Shown in pieces: positions 36,853 to 50,176 of a stretch of DNA of 64,000 nt (its first letter is position 1; every line of letters starts with the position of its first letter). The notes under the pieces are model-generated. The model did not search any database, was not told the origin of the DNA, and saw only the letters and a program-made list of their open reading frames with translations. Both the position numbers and the translations under genes were made by a program. This DNA is from Planctomycetota bacterium (GTDB lineage: Bacteria > Planctomycetota > Brocadiia > JAADGH01), in NCBI GenBank assembly GCA_040755855.1, contig JBFMAD010000001.1:96001-160000 (forward strand), in the 5' to 3' direction.

Positions 36853-38472
36853 ATGACCCATCTCACCAGACGCCCCGAGTGGAAGGCGCTCTGCGAACAC
36901 AAAAACGAGATGGAATCGCTTCACCTCCGCGACCTGTTCCGCAACGATCCCAAGCGCGCGGAAACCTTCACCATCGAGGACTGCGGCATCCTCCTGGACT
37001 ACTCCAAGAACCGCATCACCGCCGCGACAATGGCGAAACTGATCGCCCTCGCCGAGGCCGTCGGCCTGCAGAACGCCATCGAGCGCATGTTCACCGGCGA
37101 AAAGATCAACGTCACCGAGGACCGCGCCGTCCTCCACATCGCCCTCCGAAACCGGTTCGGCGACCCGATCTACATGGACGGCAAGGACGTCATGCCGGAG
37201 GTCCGGGCCGTGCTGGACAAGATGGCCGCCTTCGCCTCAAAGATCCGCACAGGCGAGTGGACCGGCCACACGGGCAAGCGAATCCGCAATATCGTCAACA
37301 TCGGCATCGGTGGGTCGGACCTCGGGCCGGTCATGGCCTATGAGGCCCTCAAGCCCTACGCCGACCGCAGCCTGACCGTCCGGTTCGTCTCCAACATTGA
37401 TGGGACGCACCTTGCCGAGGCCACGCGCGACCTCGACCCCGCCGAGACGATCTTCATCGTCGCCAGCAAGACGTTCACGACGCAGGAGACCATGACCAAT
37501 GCGCACTCGGCGCGCGATTGGCTCCTCGCCGCCCTCAGCGACAAGGCCGCCGTGGCGAGGCATTTCGTCGCCCTCTCGACCAACAAAAAGGGCGTCGAGG
37601 AGTTCGGCATTGACGCCGCCAATATGTTCGAGTTCTGGGACTGGGTTGGGGGGCGGTACAGCCTGCCGTCGGCCATCGGCCTGTCGCTCATGGTCGCCAT
37701 CGGGCCGGAGAATTTCTTCCGCATGTTGGACGGCTATCATGCCATGGATCGGCACTTCCGCGCCGCGCCTTTTGAGCGGAACATGCCGGTCGTCCTGGCC
37801 CTGCTCGGCGTCTGGTACAACAACTTCTTCGGGGCGGAGAGCCATGCCATCCTGCCGTACGACCAATATCTCCACCGTTTCGCCGCCTACTTCCAGCAGG
37901 GGGATATGGAGTCGAACGGGAAATCAACCCAATTGGACGGCTCGCCCACGGCGTGGCAGACGGGGCCGATCGTCTGGGGCGAACCCGGCACAAACGGGCA
38001 GCACGCCTTCTACCAGCTCCTGCACCAAGGCACGAAACTCGTGCCGTGCGATTTCATCGCATTTGCGAAGAGTCATAATCCCATCGGCGACCATCACGCA
38101 AAACTCATCGCCAATGTCTTCGCGCAGACGGAGGCGCTGGCCTTCGGCAAGACCGAGGAGGAAGTGCGGGCGGAGGGCGTCCCCGACGGCCTGGTCCCCC
38201 ACAAGGTCTTCGCCGGCAATCGTCCAACGAACACGATCCTTGCCGAGGTCCTCGACCCCGAGACACTCGGCAAGTTAATCGCCCTCTATGAACACAAGAT
38301 TTTCGTCCAGGGGATTATCTGGAACGTCAATAGTTTCGATCAGATGGGCGTCGAGCTGGGCAAGCTTCTGGCCAAACGCATCCTCCCGGAGGTCGAATCC
38401 AAAGCGGAGCCGAAGCTCATGCACGACAGCTCGACCAACCATCTGATCCGGTGGTTCCGAAGGCATAGGTAG
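36853..38472 (+). CDS. pgi: Glucose-6-phosphate isomerase
   Basis: [62 protein letters not shown]. Confidence 0.98.
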   Translation: MTHLTRRPEWKALCEHKNEMESLHLRDLFRNDPKRAETFTIEDCGILLDYSKNRITAATMAKLIALAEAVGLQNAIERMFTGEKINVTEDRAVLHIALRNRFGDPIYMDGKDVMPEVRAVLDKMAAFASKIRTGEWTGHTGKRIRNIVNIGIGGSDLGPVMAYEALKPYADRSLTVRFVSNIDGTHLAEATRDLDPAETIFIVASKTFTTQETMTNAHSARDWLLAALSDKAAVARHFVALSTNKKGVEEFGIDAANMFEFWDWVGGRYSLPSAIGLSLMVAIGPENFFRMLDGYHAMDRHFRAAPFERNMPVVLALLGVWYNNFFGAESHAILPYDQYLHRFAAYFQQGDMESNGKSTQLDGSPTAWQTGPIVWGEPGTNGQHAFYQLLHQGTKLVPCDFIAFAKSHNPIGDHHAKLIANVFAQTEALAFGKTEEEVRAEGVPDGLVPHKVFAGNRPTNTILAEVLDPETLGKLIALYEHKIFVQGIIWNVNSFDQMGVELGKLLAKRILPEVESKAEPKLMHDSSTNHLIRWFRRHR

Positions 38473-38692
38473 CCTCGGATTTTGCGCATATAAATCCCCC
38501 TCTCCGCGCGCAGAGGGGGATGGGGTGAGGTAGAAGCGCGCTGCTTCGTCAAGCCCTCACCCCTTATCCTCTCAAGGCGAGAGGAGAAAGAAGGAGGATG
38601 GTCAAGGTGATGGATAATCGAGAGGGATATTATTGTCTCAATCAGGCCTATGACTAATTTGAGGTAGAAACACAGCCGCGGGAGATTGCGCC

Positions 38693-39634
38693 ATGACTAA
38701 GACGGACCTTGTATCGAAATTCATGGGCGGGATGATCGGGAGCGCGGTGGGCGACGCCATCGGCGAGATAGCCTTTCAGCATCGCAGCGCAGACGCCCTT
38801 CTCCGCGAAGTGCAGCAGACGCGCCCGCTCATCTATACCGATGACACGGCAATGGCCATCGGCATCGCGGAGTCGCTCATCGAGCGGGGCGAGCTGGACC
38901 ATCAGCATCTGGGCGATACGCTGCGGCGCAACTACGAGCGCGAGCCGTGGCGGGGCTACGCCATGAATCCCCCAACGATCTTCAACATCTGCCGGCAGAC
39001 GGGCGTCTCCTATCTTCAGGCGGCCCGGAGCGCCTTCGGGGGGATAGGATCCTATGGAAATGGCGCCGCCATGCGCATCACGCCGATCGGGTTGTTTTAC
39101 TATGACGCCGAGGACATCCGCCCCCCCGCCGCCGCCTCAGCACAGGTTACGCACACCCATCCCCTGGGCATCGAGGGGGCTGTGCTGTTGGCCTGCGCCA
39201 TCGCCCAGGCGGTGCGGCTGGACCCGGAAAAGGACTTTCCCGAAAAGGACTTCCTCTGGCGCCTGCGGGATATCGCCGAGACGCCGGAATTTGAGAGCAA
39301 GATCGCCCTCATGGAGGACCTGCTTGCCGACCGGGCCGATGCGGCGACGGCGGCGCGGGAGCTGGGGACGGACGTCACGGCCGTCGGCTCGGTGCCGTTT
39401 GCGATCTATTCCTTTTTGATGCATCCGAAGTCGTTCAAGGACTGTCTGCTGCACGCCGTGGTTGTGCCGGGCGACAGCGATACCCTTGGCGCAATGGCCT
39501 GCGCCATCTCGGGGGCCTACCTCGGCATCGAGGCCGTCCCGCAGGACTGGGTGGACCGCCTGGAGAACCGGGAGCATATCGAGACGCTGGCGAGACGTCT
39601 GGCGGAGATAAAGAAAGAAGAAGCGGGAATGTAA
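38693..39634 (+). CDS. ADP-ribosylglycohydrolase family protein
   Basis: GSAVGDAIG, YTDDT, GNGAAMR, TH, GDSDT motifs. Confidence 0.93.
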   Translation: MTKTDLVSKFMGGMIGSAVGDAIGEIAFQHRSADALLREVQQTRPLIYTDDTAMAIGIAESLIERGELDHQHLGDTLRRNYEREPWRGYAMNPPTIFNICRQTGVSYLQAARSAFGGIGSYGNGAAMRITPIGLFYYDAEDIRPPAAASAQVTHTHPLGIEGAVLLACAIAQAVRLDPEKDFPEKDFLWRLRDIAETPEFESKIALMEDLLADRADAATAARELGTDVTAVGSVPFAIYSFLMHPKSFKDCLLHAVVVPGDSDTLGAMACAISGAYLGIEAVPQDWVDRLENREHIETLARRLAEIKKEEAGM

Positions 39635-39661
39635 CAAGTTTGTAACATCCTCTCCATACGG

Positions 39662-39690
39662 TTGACAAAAAGGAGGAGACGGGGTAAACT
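39662..39690 (+). promoter_or_regulatory. Sigma70 promoter of ABC operon
   Basis: TTGACA-N17-TAAACT. Confidence 0.6.
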
Positions 39691-39754
39691 TCTCCTGACG
39701 ACGAACCCACATGCAGGACCGGCCGGATTTTCCTCGAATAGGAGTCGCTGAAGT

Positions 39755-40687
39755 ATGTCCTCGATTGTCATCGAAGGGCTGGGCATGATCTACAGGACGG
39801 GCTTCTGGGGCCGCAAGAAAGCGGCGCTGAAGGACCTGGACCTGACCATCGAGCCGAACGAGATATTCGGCTACGTCGGCCCGAACGGCGCCGGCAAGAC
39901 CACCACGATCAAGATTCTCGTCGGCCTGCAACGGCAGACCTCCGGCCGGGCTTCGATCCTCGGCAAGGACATTAGCGACGTGGAGGCCCGCCGAAAGATC
40001 GGCTACATGCCCGAAAACCCTTATTTCTACGAGTATCTGACCACCGAGGAATCGCTCCACTTCTACGGCAAGCTGTGCGGCATGACCCGCGAGGAGCGGC
40101 GCAGGCGCGTACCGGAGATGATCGAGTATATGGACATCCCGGACATCGCTAAGCTGCGCGTGGGGGCATTCTCCAAGGGCATGCGCCAGCGCCTCGGCCT
40201 GGCCCAAGCCATGATCCACGACCCGGAGATGGTGATCCTGGACGAGCCCCTCCACGGCCTCGACCCCGTCGGGCGGCGGCAGCTCCGCGAGAAGATCGTC
40301 AGCCTGAAGGAGCGGGGAAAGACGGTCTTCTTCAGCTCCCATATCCTAAGCGACGTGGAGCAGATCTGCGACCGGGTGGGCATGTTGTTCCATGGCGAGT
40401 TGGTGGAGGTGGGCGCCATCGAATCGCTTCTCGAGTCGCACGTCCGCTCGATCGAAATCTCTGCCCGCAACCTCTCCGGCCCCGCCGTCGAGACATTGAA
40501 GCAGACGGCGGATAAGTTTGCCGAGCGGGATTCGGTGTATTACTGTTCGGTCCGCGACCAGGAGAAGGGCCGGGAAGTGGTGAAGCTCATCCACGAGGCC
40601 GGGGGGGAACTGCTCTCCTACGTCCCCCAGCGGGAGTCGCTCGAGGATTACTTCATGGCGCGCTCGAAGGAAGGAGGCCGGAAGTGA
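39755..40687 (+). CDS. ABC transporter ATP-binding protein (PilH-like)
   Basis: GPNGAGKTT, FSKGMRQR, ILDEP..GLDP, SSH. Confidence 0.93.
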   Translation: MSSIVIEGLGMIYRTGFWGRKKAALKDLDLTIEPNEIFGYVGPNGAGKTTTIKILVGLQRQTSGRASILGKDISDVEARRKIGYMPENPYFYEYLTTEESLHFYGKLCGMTREERRRRVPEMIEYMDIPDIAKLRVGAFSKGMRQRLGLAQAMIHDPEMVILDEPLHGLDPVGRRQLREKIVSLKERGKTVFFSSHILSDVEQICDRVGMLFHGELVEVGAIESLLESHVRSIEISARNLSGPAVETLKQTADKFAERDSVYYCSVRDQEKGREVVKLIHEAGGELLSYVPQRESLEDYFMARSKEGGRK

Positions 40688-41454
40688 ACATCCTTACGAT
40701 TGCGGGAAACACCTTCAAGGAATCGGCCCGCGACCGGATCTTCTACGTGCTCCTGGTCTTTGCCATCGTTATGCTGCTGTGTTCGAAGGCCATCGGCTGG
40801 ATCGGCCTGGACGAGGTGAAGATCACGCAGGACTTCAGCCTGACTACCATCTGGTTCTTCGGCGTCATCATCGCCATCTACGTCGGGACGGGACTGGTCT
40901 ACAAGGAGATTGACAAGAAGACGATCTACACGGTCCTCTCGAAGCCGGTCGAAAAATATGAGTTCATCCTCGGCAAGTACATCGGCCTGCTCCTGATGCT
41001 CTTCGTCAACATCCTGATCATGTGCGCGATCTTCCTGGCATACCACTGGCTCACCCTCGGTCGTCCGAGCCTTCGGCTGCCTCTGGCGGTTTTCCTGATC
41101 TACCTGGAGCTGGTCTTCATCACGGCGATGGCCATGATGTTCGGCTCGATGGCGTCGCCGATCCTGAGCGCCGTGTTCACCTTCTGCATGTTCGTAGCCG
41201 GACACTGCAGCGACGCCTACATGCTCCTGGCCGAGCGCGCCCAGAAATTTCATCAACCCGTCTCCGGCAATCTCTTCCGATTTTTCTATTGGGTCATGCC
41301 GAACCTGACTTTCTTCGACATCAAGAGCCGGGCCGTGCAGCCGACGTTGCCGCTGGTTGCAAAGGATATTGTCCTACCCATCGGATACTGCGTGATCTAC
41401 TCCGCGATCCTGATCACAATCTCATTGTTCTTCTTCAAACGAAGGAACTTCTGA
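40684..41454 (+). CDS. ABC-2 type permease (PilI-like)
   Basis: IA.NTFKE..RDR, KEIDKKTIYTVLSKP, FILGKY; multiple TM helices. Confidence 0.9.
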   Translation: MNILTIAGNTFKESARDRIFYVLLVFAIVMLLCSKAIGWIGLDEVKITQDFSLTTIWFFGVIIAIYVGTGLVYKEIDKKTIYTVLSKPVEKYEFILGKYIGLLLMLFVNILIMCAIFLAYHWLTLGRPSLRLPLAVFLIYLELVFITAMAMMFGSMASPILSAVFTFCMFVAGHCSDAYMLLAERAQKFHQPVSGNLFRFFYWVMPNLTFFDIKSRAVQPTLPLVAKDIVLPIGYCVIYSAILITISLFFFKRRNF

Positions 41455-41466
41455 AGGAGAACAAGG

Positions 41467-43038
41467 ATGAAACGGTCAATAGGCAAGGCGCTCAAAATCC
41501 TTATCATCCCCATTCTTTTCCTTGTCAATTACCCTATCCAGAAGGCCCTGGTGGGCGAATGGCAGGACAAGTTCGGCGGCGAGATGGTTTACCTGCCGTA
41601 CTGGAAGAGCTGGCTGGTGGATGAGCGCACGGCCTACCTCCTGACAGGCGTCGCGCTCCAATTCGAGAAAGCGAAAGGCCGATGGCCGGAGAACCTGCAA
41701 GAGATCAAGGACGCAGAGCTGATCCGCCAATTTCCACCCGAACCGGCCGGCGGCTGCTTCCGCTTCGACGCCAAACAGAAGCGGGTGGCGCTGGATTACG
41801 ACAAAGACACCGATCTCAAGCGCGAGCGCCAGGAGATTGTGTTTCAGTTGCTGTCCGCCGTGGATCGGTTTGAGGAGAAGTTCGGCCGCGCGCCGGCGGA
41901 CCTTGACGAGATGGTCGAGCGCGGAATCCTCGACAAGCTCCCGGAGGACCCGGGCGGCTGCGACCTCTGCCTCGACCCCTATCGCAAGGTGATCGGGCTG
42001 CAGTACGGCAAGTTTGTTCGCCGGGTGCAGTTCGGGTGGAACAACGTGGTGGCCGACTTGTTGTGGATTCGCGGCTTCCACTACGTCCAGGGCCAGTGGC
42101 AGCTCATCGAGGCCGGCCACAAGAAACCGACCGAGGGGTGGCACATGCAGTTGCCGGACCTCTATGAGGTGGTCACCGATCTCGATCCACATTTCATCCC
42201 AGCCTACCGCGGGGGTGCGGTGCTCGTCAGCGCACTTTCCAAGAGACCCCGGCAGTCCATACATCTCCTGGAGAAGGGGGTTCGCCATAATCCCCGGACC
42301 TATTGGGAGCTGCCGTATGAGCTGGCCTGCATCCTGCTCCTCGAAGTCGGAGATGAGGAACAGGCGCTCAAGTGGCTGAAGGAGGCCTCGGACCGGGATA
42401 GGTATCCGGAGGCGTCGCCCGTGGTGCTGCGGCTGCGCACATTTCTCGAGGCGAAGCATGACCGGTTCGACACGGCGATCCGCATATGGGAGCCCTGGCT
42501 GCAGAGCGACTCCCCGGTGTACCGCCAGGTGGCGGAGGAGCAGATCAGCCGAGTGCTGATGGGCATCATGAGAAAAAGACTGGCCGATGGCGTCAGGATC
42601 TACAAAGAGGCGAAGGGCCGCGAGATGAGCGATGAGGAGTTTGCGAAATTTGCGCCTCACGTAAAGAAGATGGTGGTGGATGAGTATGGGGAGAAGGCGT
42701 TCGAGGAGGCGGTCAAGACGGCTATGGAAACGGAATTTCAGCTCTGGCAGTTCGCGCGGTTTCGTCTCCCTGCGGGGGAGCCGTTGAAAAAGACCACGGC
42801 GCTGGGTCCGAGGCGGCGCGCGGCGCTGGCGGGGCTGCAGAAGGCGGTGGAGGAGTTCAAGCGGGGCAAGGGGGCGTGGCCCGGTGGTCTTGACGATCTT
42901 GTGAGGGAGAAGTTGATTGACAGGCTCCCTTCCCCGGTGGAGGGTGAGGAGTATTACCTGGAGATATATCCCAGATTTACCGCCCAGAAGAAAGCCCATG
43001 AGGCGGGGGAGCAGGAGGGGGGACCACAGGAGGACTGA
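41467..43038 (+). CDS. PilG-like TPR protein with three GspG-like repeats
   Basis: ADLLWIR, LDPHF..AY, LLEKG...NP, TPR-like helices; three F....G.WP..L..L......P.P repeats. Confidence 0.65.
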   Translation: MKRSIGKALKILIIPILFLVNYPIQKALVGEWQDKFGGEMVYLPYWKSWLVDERTAYLLTGVALQFEKAKGRWPENLQEIKDAELIRQFPPEPAGGCFRFDAKQKRVALDYDKDTDLKRERQEIVFQLLSAVDRFEEKFGRAPADLDEMVERGILDKLPEDPGGCDLCLDPYRKVIGLQYGKFVRRVQFGWNNVVADLLWIRGFHYVQGQWQLIEAGHKKPTEGWHMQLPDLYEVVTDLDPHFIPAYRGGAVLVSALSKRPRQSIHLLEKGVRHNPRTYWELPYELACILLLEVGDEEQALKWLKEASDRDRYPEASPVVLRLRTFLEAKHDRFDTAIRIWEPWLQSDSPVYRQVAEEQISRVLMGIMRKRLADGVRIYKEAKGREMSDEEFAKFAPHVKKMVVDEYGEKAFEEAVKTAMETEFQLWQFARFRLPAGEPLKKTTALGPRRRAALAGLQKAVEEFKRGKGAWPGGLDDLVREKLIDRLPSPVEGEEYYLEIYPRFTAQKKAHEAGEQEGGPQED

Positions 43039-43093
43039 GGGGGCAAGGCGACTCCTCTGCTGTTGGGGCGGAGGTTGCCCGCCTTTATTGCAT

Positions 43094-43124
43094 AAAAAAC
43101 CCCGGCGCGCGTTGCGCGCCGGGG
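43094..43124 (-). terminator. Intrinsic terminator of rrn operon
   Basis: Minus strand CCCCGGCGCGC-AAC-GCGCGCCGGGG followed by TTTTTT. Confidence 0.85.
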
Positions 43125-43134
43125 CGTAAAAGAA

Positions 43135-43242
43135 TCCGGCGATGACCTACTCTCGCGGCTGAGCCACTACCATCGGCGCAGAGGGCTTAACTACCGTGTT
43201 CGGGATGGGGACGGGTGTGGCCCCTCTGCTTTGGTCACCGGA
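43135..43242 (-). rRNA. rrf: 5S rRNA (short, ~108 nt)
   Basis: Terminal helix TCCGGTGACC/ATCGCCGGA; CCCATCCCGAACACGG and GAGAGTAGGTC conserved segments. Confidence 0.95.
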
Positions 43243-43295
43243 AAGGGGGATGAATAGCGTAGGGTTTGGTTCTGCGCAGAGCGTCGGAATATTGA

Positions 43296-46313
<3,018 letters not shown>

Positions 46314-46384
46314 TCAATAGTTCGACGCTCTGTAGTCAGAACCAGTGAAATCTCACAATGATGATTTCACCGCTACACTATTCA

Positions 46385-46398
46385 GTTTTCAAAGAACA
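46385..46398 (-). promoter_or_regulatory. Spacer boxA antiterminator
   Basis: TGTTCTTTGAAAAC upstream of 23S. Confidence 0.7.
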
Positions 46399-46576
46399 AA
46401 CCTTGGGCGACAAAAAAGCCCAAAGCGAAGGGTCAACATCTTCTTACGCCGGCCCTCCGCTTTGGACTTCTTCGATCCGCGCGAAGGACCTATTCAGGTC
46501 GAATAGGCTCGCATAACCCCTTAAGACTCCTAATGAATCATCTTCTTCGCCCCGCCCCACGCGGCGCGCCACATCC

Positions 46577-46652
46577 TGGTGGAGACGAGCGGGCTCGAAC
46601 CGCCAACCCCCAGCTTGCAAAGCTGGTGCTCTCCCAGTTGAGCTACGTCCCC
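46577..46652 (-). tRNA. tRNA-Ala (TGC)
   Basis: GGGGACGTAGCTCAACTGGGAGAGC..TTGCAA..GTTCGAG..CCACCA. Confidence 0.97.
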
Positions 46653-46720
46653 AGCAACCGATTGCGGATTGAATATCTTCTCAAGCCCAGAATCCAAAAT
46701 CCGCAATCCCCAATCGAAAC

Positions 46721-46797
46721 TGGTGGGCCTAAGTGGGCTCGAACCACTCACCTCGCGCTTATCAGGCGCGCGCTCTAACCATCTGAGCTATAGGCCC
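46721..46797 (-). tRNA. tRNA-Ile (GAT)
   Basis: GGGCCTATAGCTCAGATGGTTAGAGC..CTGATAA..GTTCGAG..CCACCA. Confidence 0.97.
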
Positions 46798-46924
46798 ATG
46801 GGCTCGGCCTGCGCGCCCGAACGCGCTCTCCCGTCGCAAAATCTACAATTGAGGAAGCCAACCGTGAGGCTGTGCTGATCTCCAGGCGCCGCGTCGCCGC
46901 AGACGCCTGTTCTAGTATTCCCTA

Positions 46925-48484
<1,560 letters not shown>

Positions 48485-48602
48485 ATTTAGAAGGTTGCAC
48501 AAACATCCTGTTGTATGTAAGGATGTTGGATTCTTTTATCTACCCGCAGACCGTGCAAAGCTCCACGGGCAGATCCCACATCCTCACGGCTTAGGCTTCC
48601 CA

Positions 48603-48752
48603 ATTGTCAAAGAGCGTAACCGACCGTTCTCTGCGCCTCCCCTCTGCACAGACAGGTCGGAAGGTTTCTTCTCTCATTACCTCTCCGGAAAGGGCTTATT
48701 CCTATCCCTCACCGGTATTCACTATATTATCACGCCCTCTCCACCTTGTCAA
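48603..48752 (-). promoter_or_regulatory. rrn promoter and leader boxA
   Basis: TTGACA(48752-48747)-N17-TAATAT; GCTCTTTGACAAT boxA at ~48603-48615. Confidence 0.7.
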
Positions 48753-48825
48753 GCAAAACTTAGAAAGTATTTTACAACCCCTAATAAATCCAATACTTGC
48801 GACAACAAAATCTTTTTCCGCCCCC

Positions 48826-49827
48826 TCAAATCCCTGCCCCAATCCCTCGCAATTCCCCGCCCTCCAAATACACTCCTATGTTCCGATACTTCTGATATCG
48901 CTGCTCCAGCAGCCTCTTCATCGGCACCTTCTTCATCTCCGCCACGTTCCGACGAATCGCCTCCCCAAGCGCCCGCGCCGCCCCCTCCGTGTCCCGGTGT
49001 GCACCCCCAAGCGGTTCCTTCACAATCTCGTCAATTATCCCAAACTTGATCAGCTCCTCCGGCACCAACTTGAACGCCGCCGCCGCGTCCTCCCAGTGCT
49101 CCCGGCTCCGCCACAATATCGCCGCGCACCCCTCCGGCGTGATCACCGAATAGTAAGAGTTCTCCAGCATCAGCACCCGATCCCCCTGGCCGATCCCCAG
49201 CGCCCCCCCGCTCGCCCCCTCACCGATAATCACACAAACAATCGGCGTCCGAAGATTCGCCATCGCGTAAAGATTCTCCGCGATTGACTGCGCAATCCCC
49301 CGCTCCTCCGCCCCGATCCCCGGAAAGGCCCCCGCCGTGTCCATGAACGTGACGACCGGCAGCTTAAACTTCTCCGCCATCTGCATCTTCAGCAGCGCCT
49401 TCCGAAATCCTTCCGGATGGGGCATCCCGAAGTTGCACGCAATCCGATCCTTCGTCGTTCGTCCCTTGCGCTGGCCGATCACCATCACCCGGTCGCCATT
49501 CAGTTTCCCAAGACCGCACACCACCGCCTTGTCTTCGCCGAAGCGTCGGTCCCCGCACAGCTCCACAAAGTCCTCGAACAGCAGGCTGATGTATGTGCTC
49601 GCCACCGGTCGCTGCGGATGCCGCGCCACCAGCACCCGATCGCACGGACGAAGGCTCGCAAAGACCTCCCGCGTCCGGTCCTCCTTCGCACGACCGAGCT
49701 GCTCCACGTGCCCCCCCACATCCAGCCCGCTCTCCTCGCCGAAGGCCCGAAGCCTCTCCATCCGCTCGTTGAGCTCCTTCACGTCCTCCTCAAACGGCAG
49801 CCATTGGATGGTTGACGCGCGCGCCAT
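48826..49827 (-). CDS. accA: Acetyl-CoA carboxylase carboxyltransferase alpha subunit
   Basis: ARHPQRP, ELCGDR, NFGMPHPEGFRKA, DTAGAFPG..AEERG, IGEGASGGA, YSVITPEGCA.ILW, EP.GGAH. Confidence 0.96.
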   Translation of the reverse strand: MARASTIQWLPFEEDVKELNERMERLRAFGEESGLDVGGHVEQLGRAKEDRTREVFASLRPCDRVLVARHPQRPVASTYISLLFEDFVELCGDRRFGEDKAVVCGLGKLNGDRVMVIGQRKGRTTKDRIACNFGMPHPEGFRKALLKMQMAEKFKLPVVTFMDTAGAFPGIGAEERGIAQSIAENLYAMANLRTPIVCVIIGEGASGGALGIGQGDRVLMLENSYYSVITPEGCAAILWRSREHWEDAAAAFKLVPEELIKFGIIDEIVKEPLGGAHRDTEGAARALGEAIRRNVAEMKKVPMKRLLEQRYQKYRNIGVYLEGGELRGIGAGI

Positions 49828-50176
49828 CTATCTCTCCTGAACAACCCGCAGACGAATCCAATCCGCAGTACATCATCTTACCACAACCCTCCCCAAAATC
49901 AAGCCCTCTCACAACGGCATCGCCACGAACGAAAGGGGGCAGACGCAGAAATTGGATTCGATTCCGCCATGCCGCAGAGGGCACAATGAACCCGCGCTCA
50001 TCAGAAAGGACCGCCCCATGCGACGAACTGCGGGACTCGTCTTCGTCCGAGCTCACGGGAAGACGGGCAATGAACTCAACCGGAGCTGAAGAAGTGAGCA
50101 CGGAGAGCAAATCGCCCTGGCTCCGCTCCCGAAATCGCACCCTTCATGCCGTCGGATATCTGTCGCAATCCAAATC

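Noticed and set aside
36334..37137. Long N-terminal extension of the 35548-37137 ORF
   Set aside because: Overlaps pgi and the lipoprotein on the other strand; the TIM-barrel homology starts at ATG 36333
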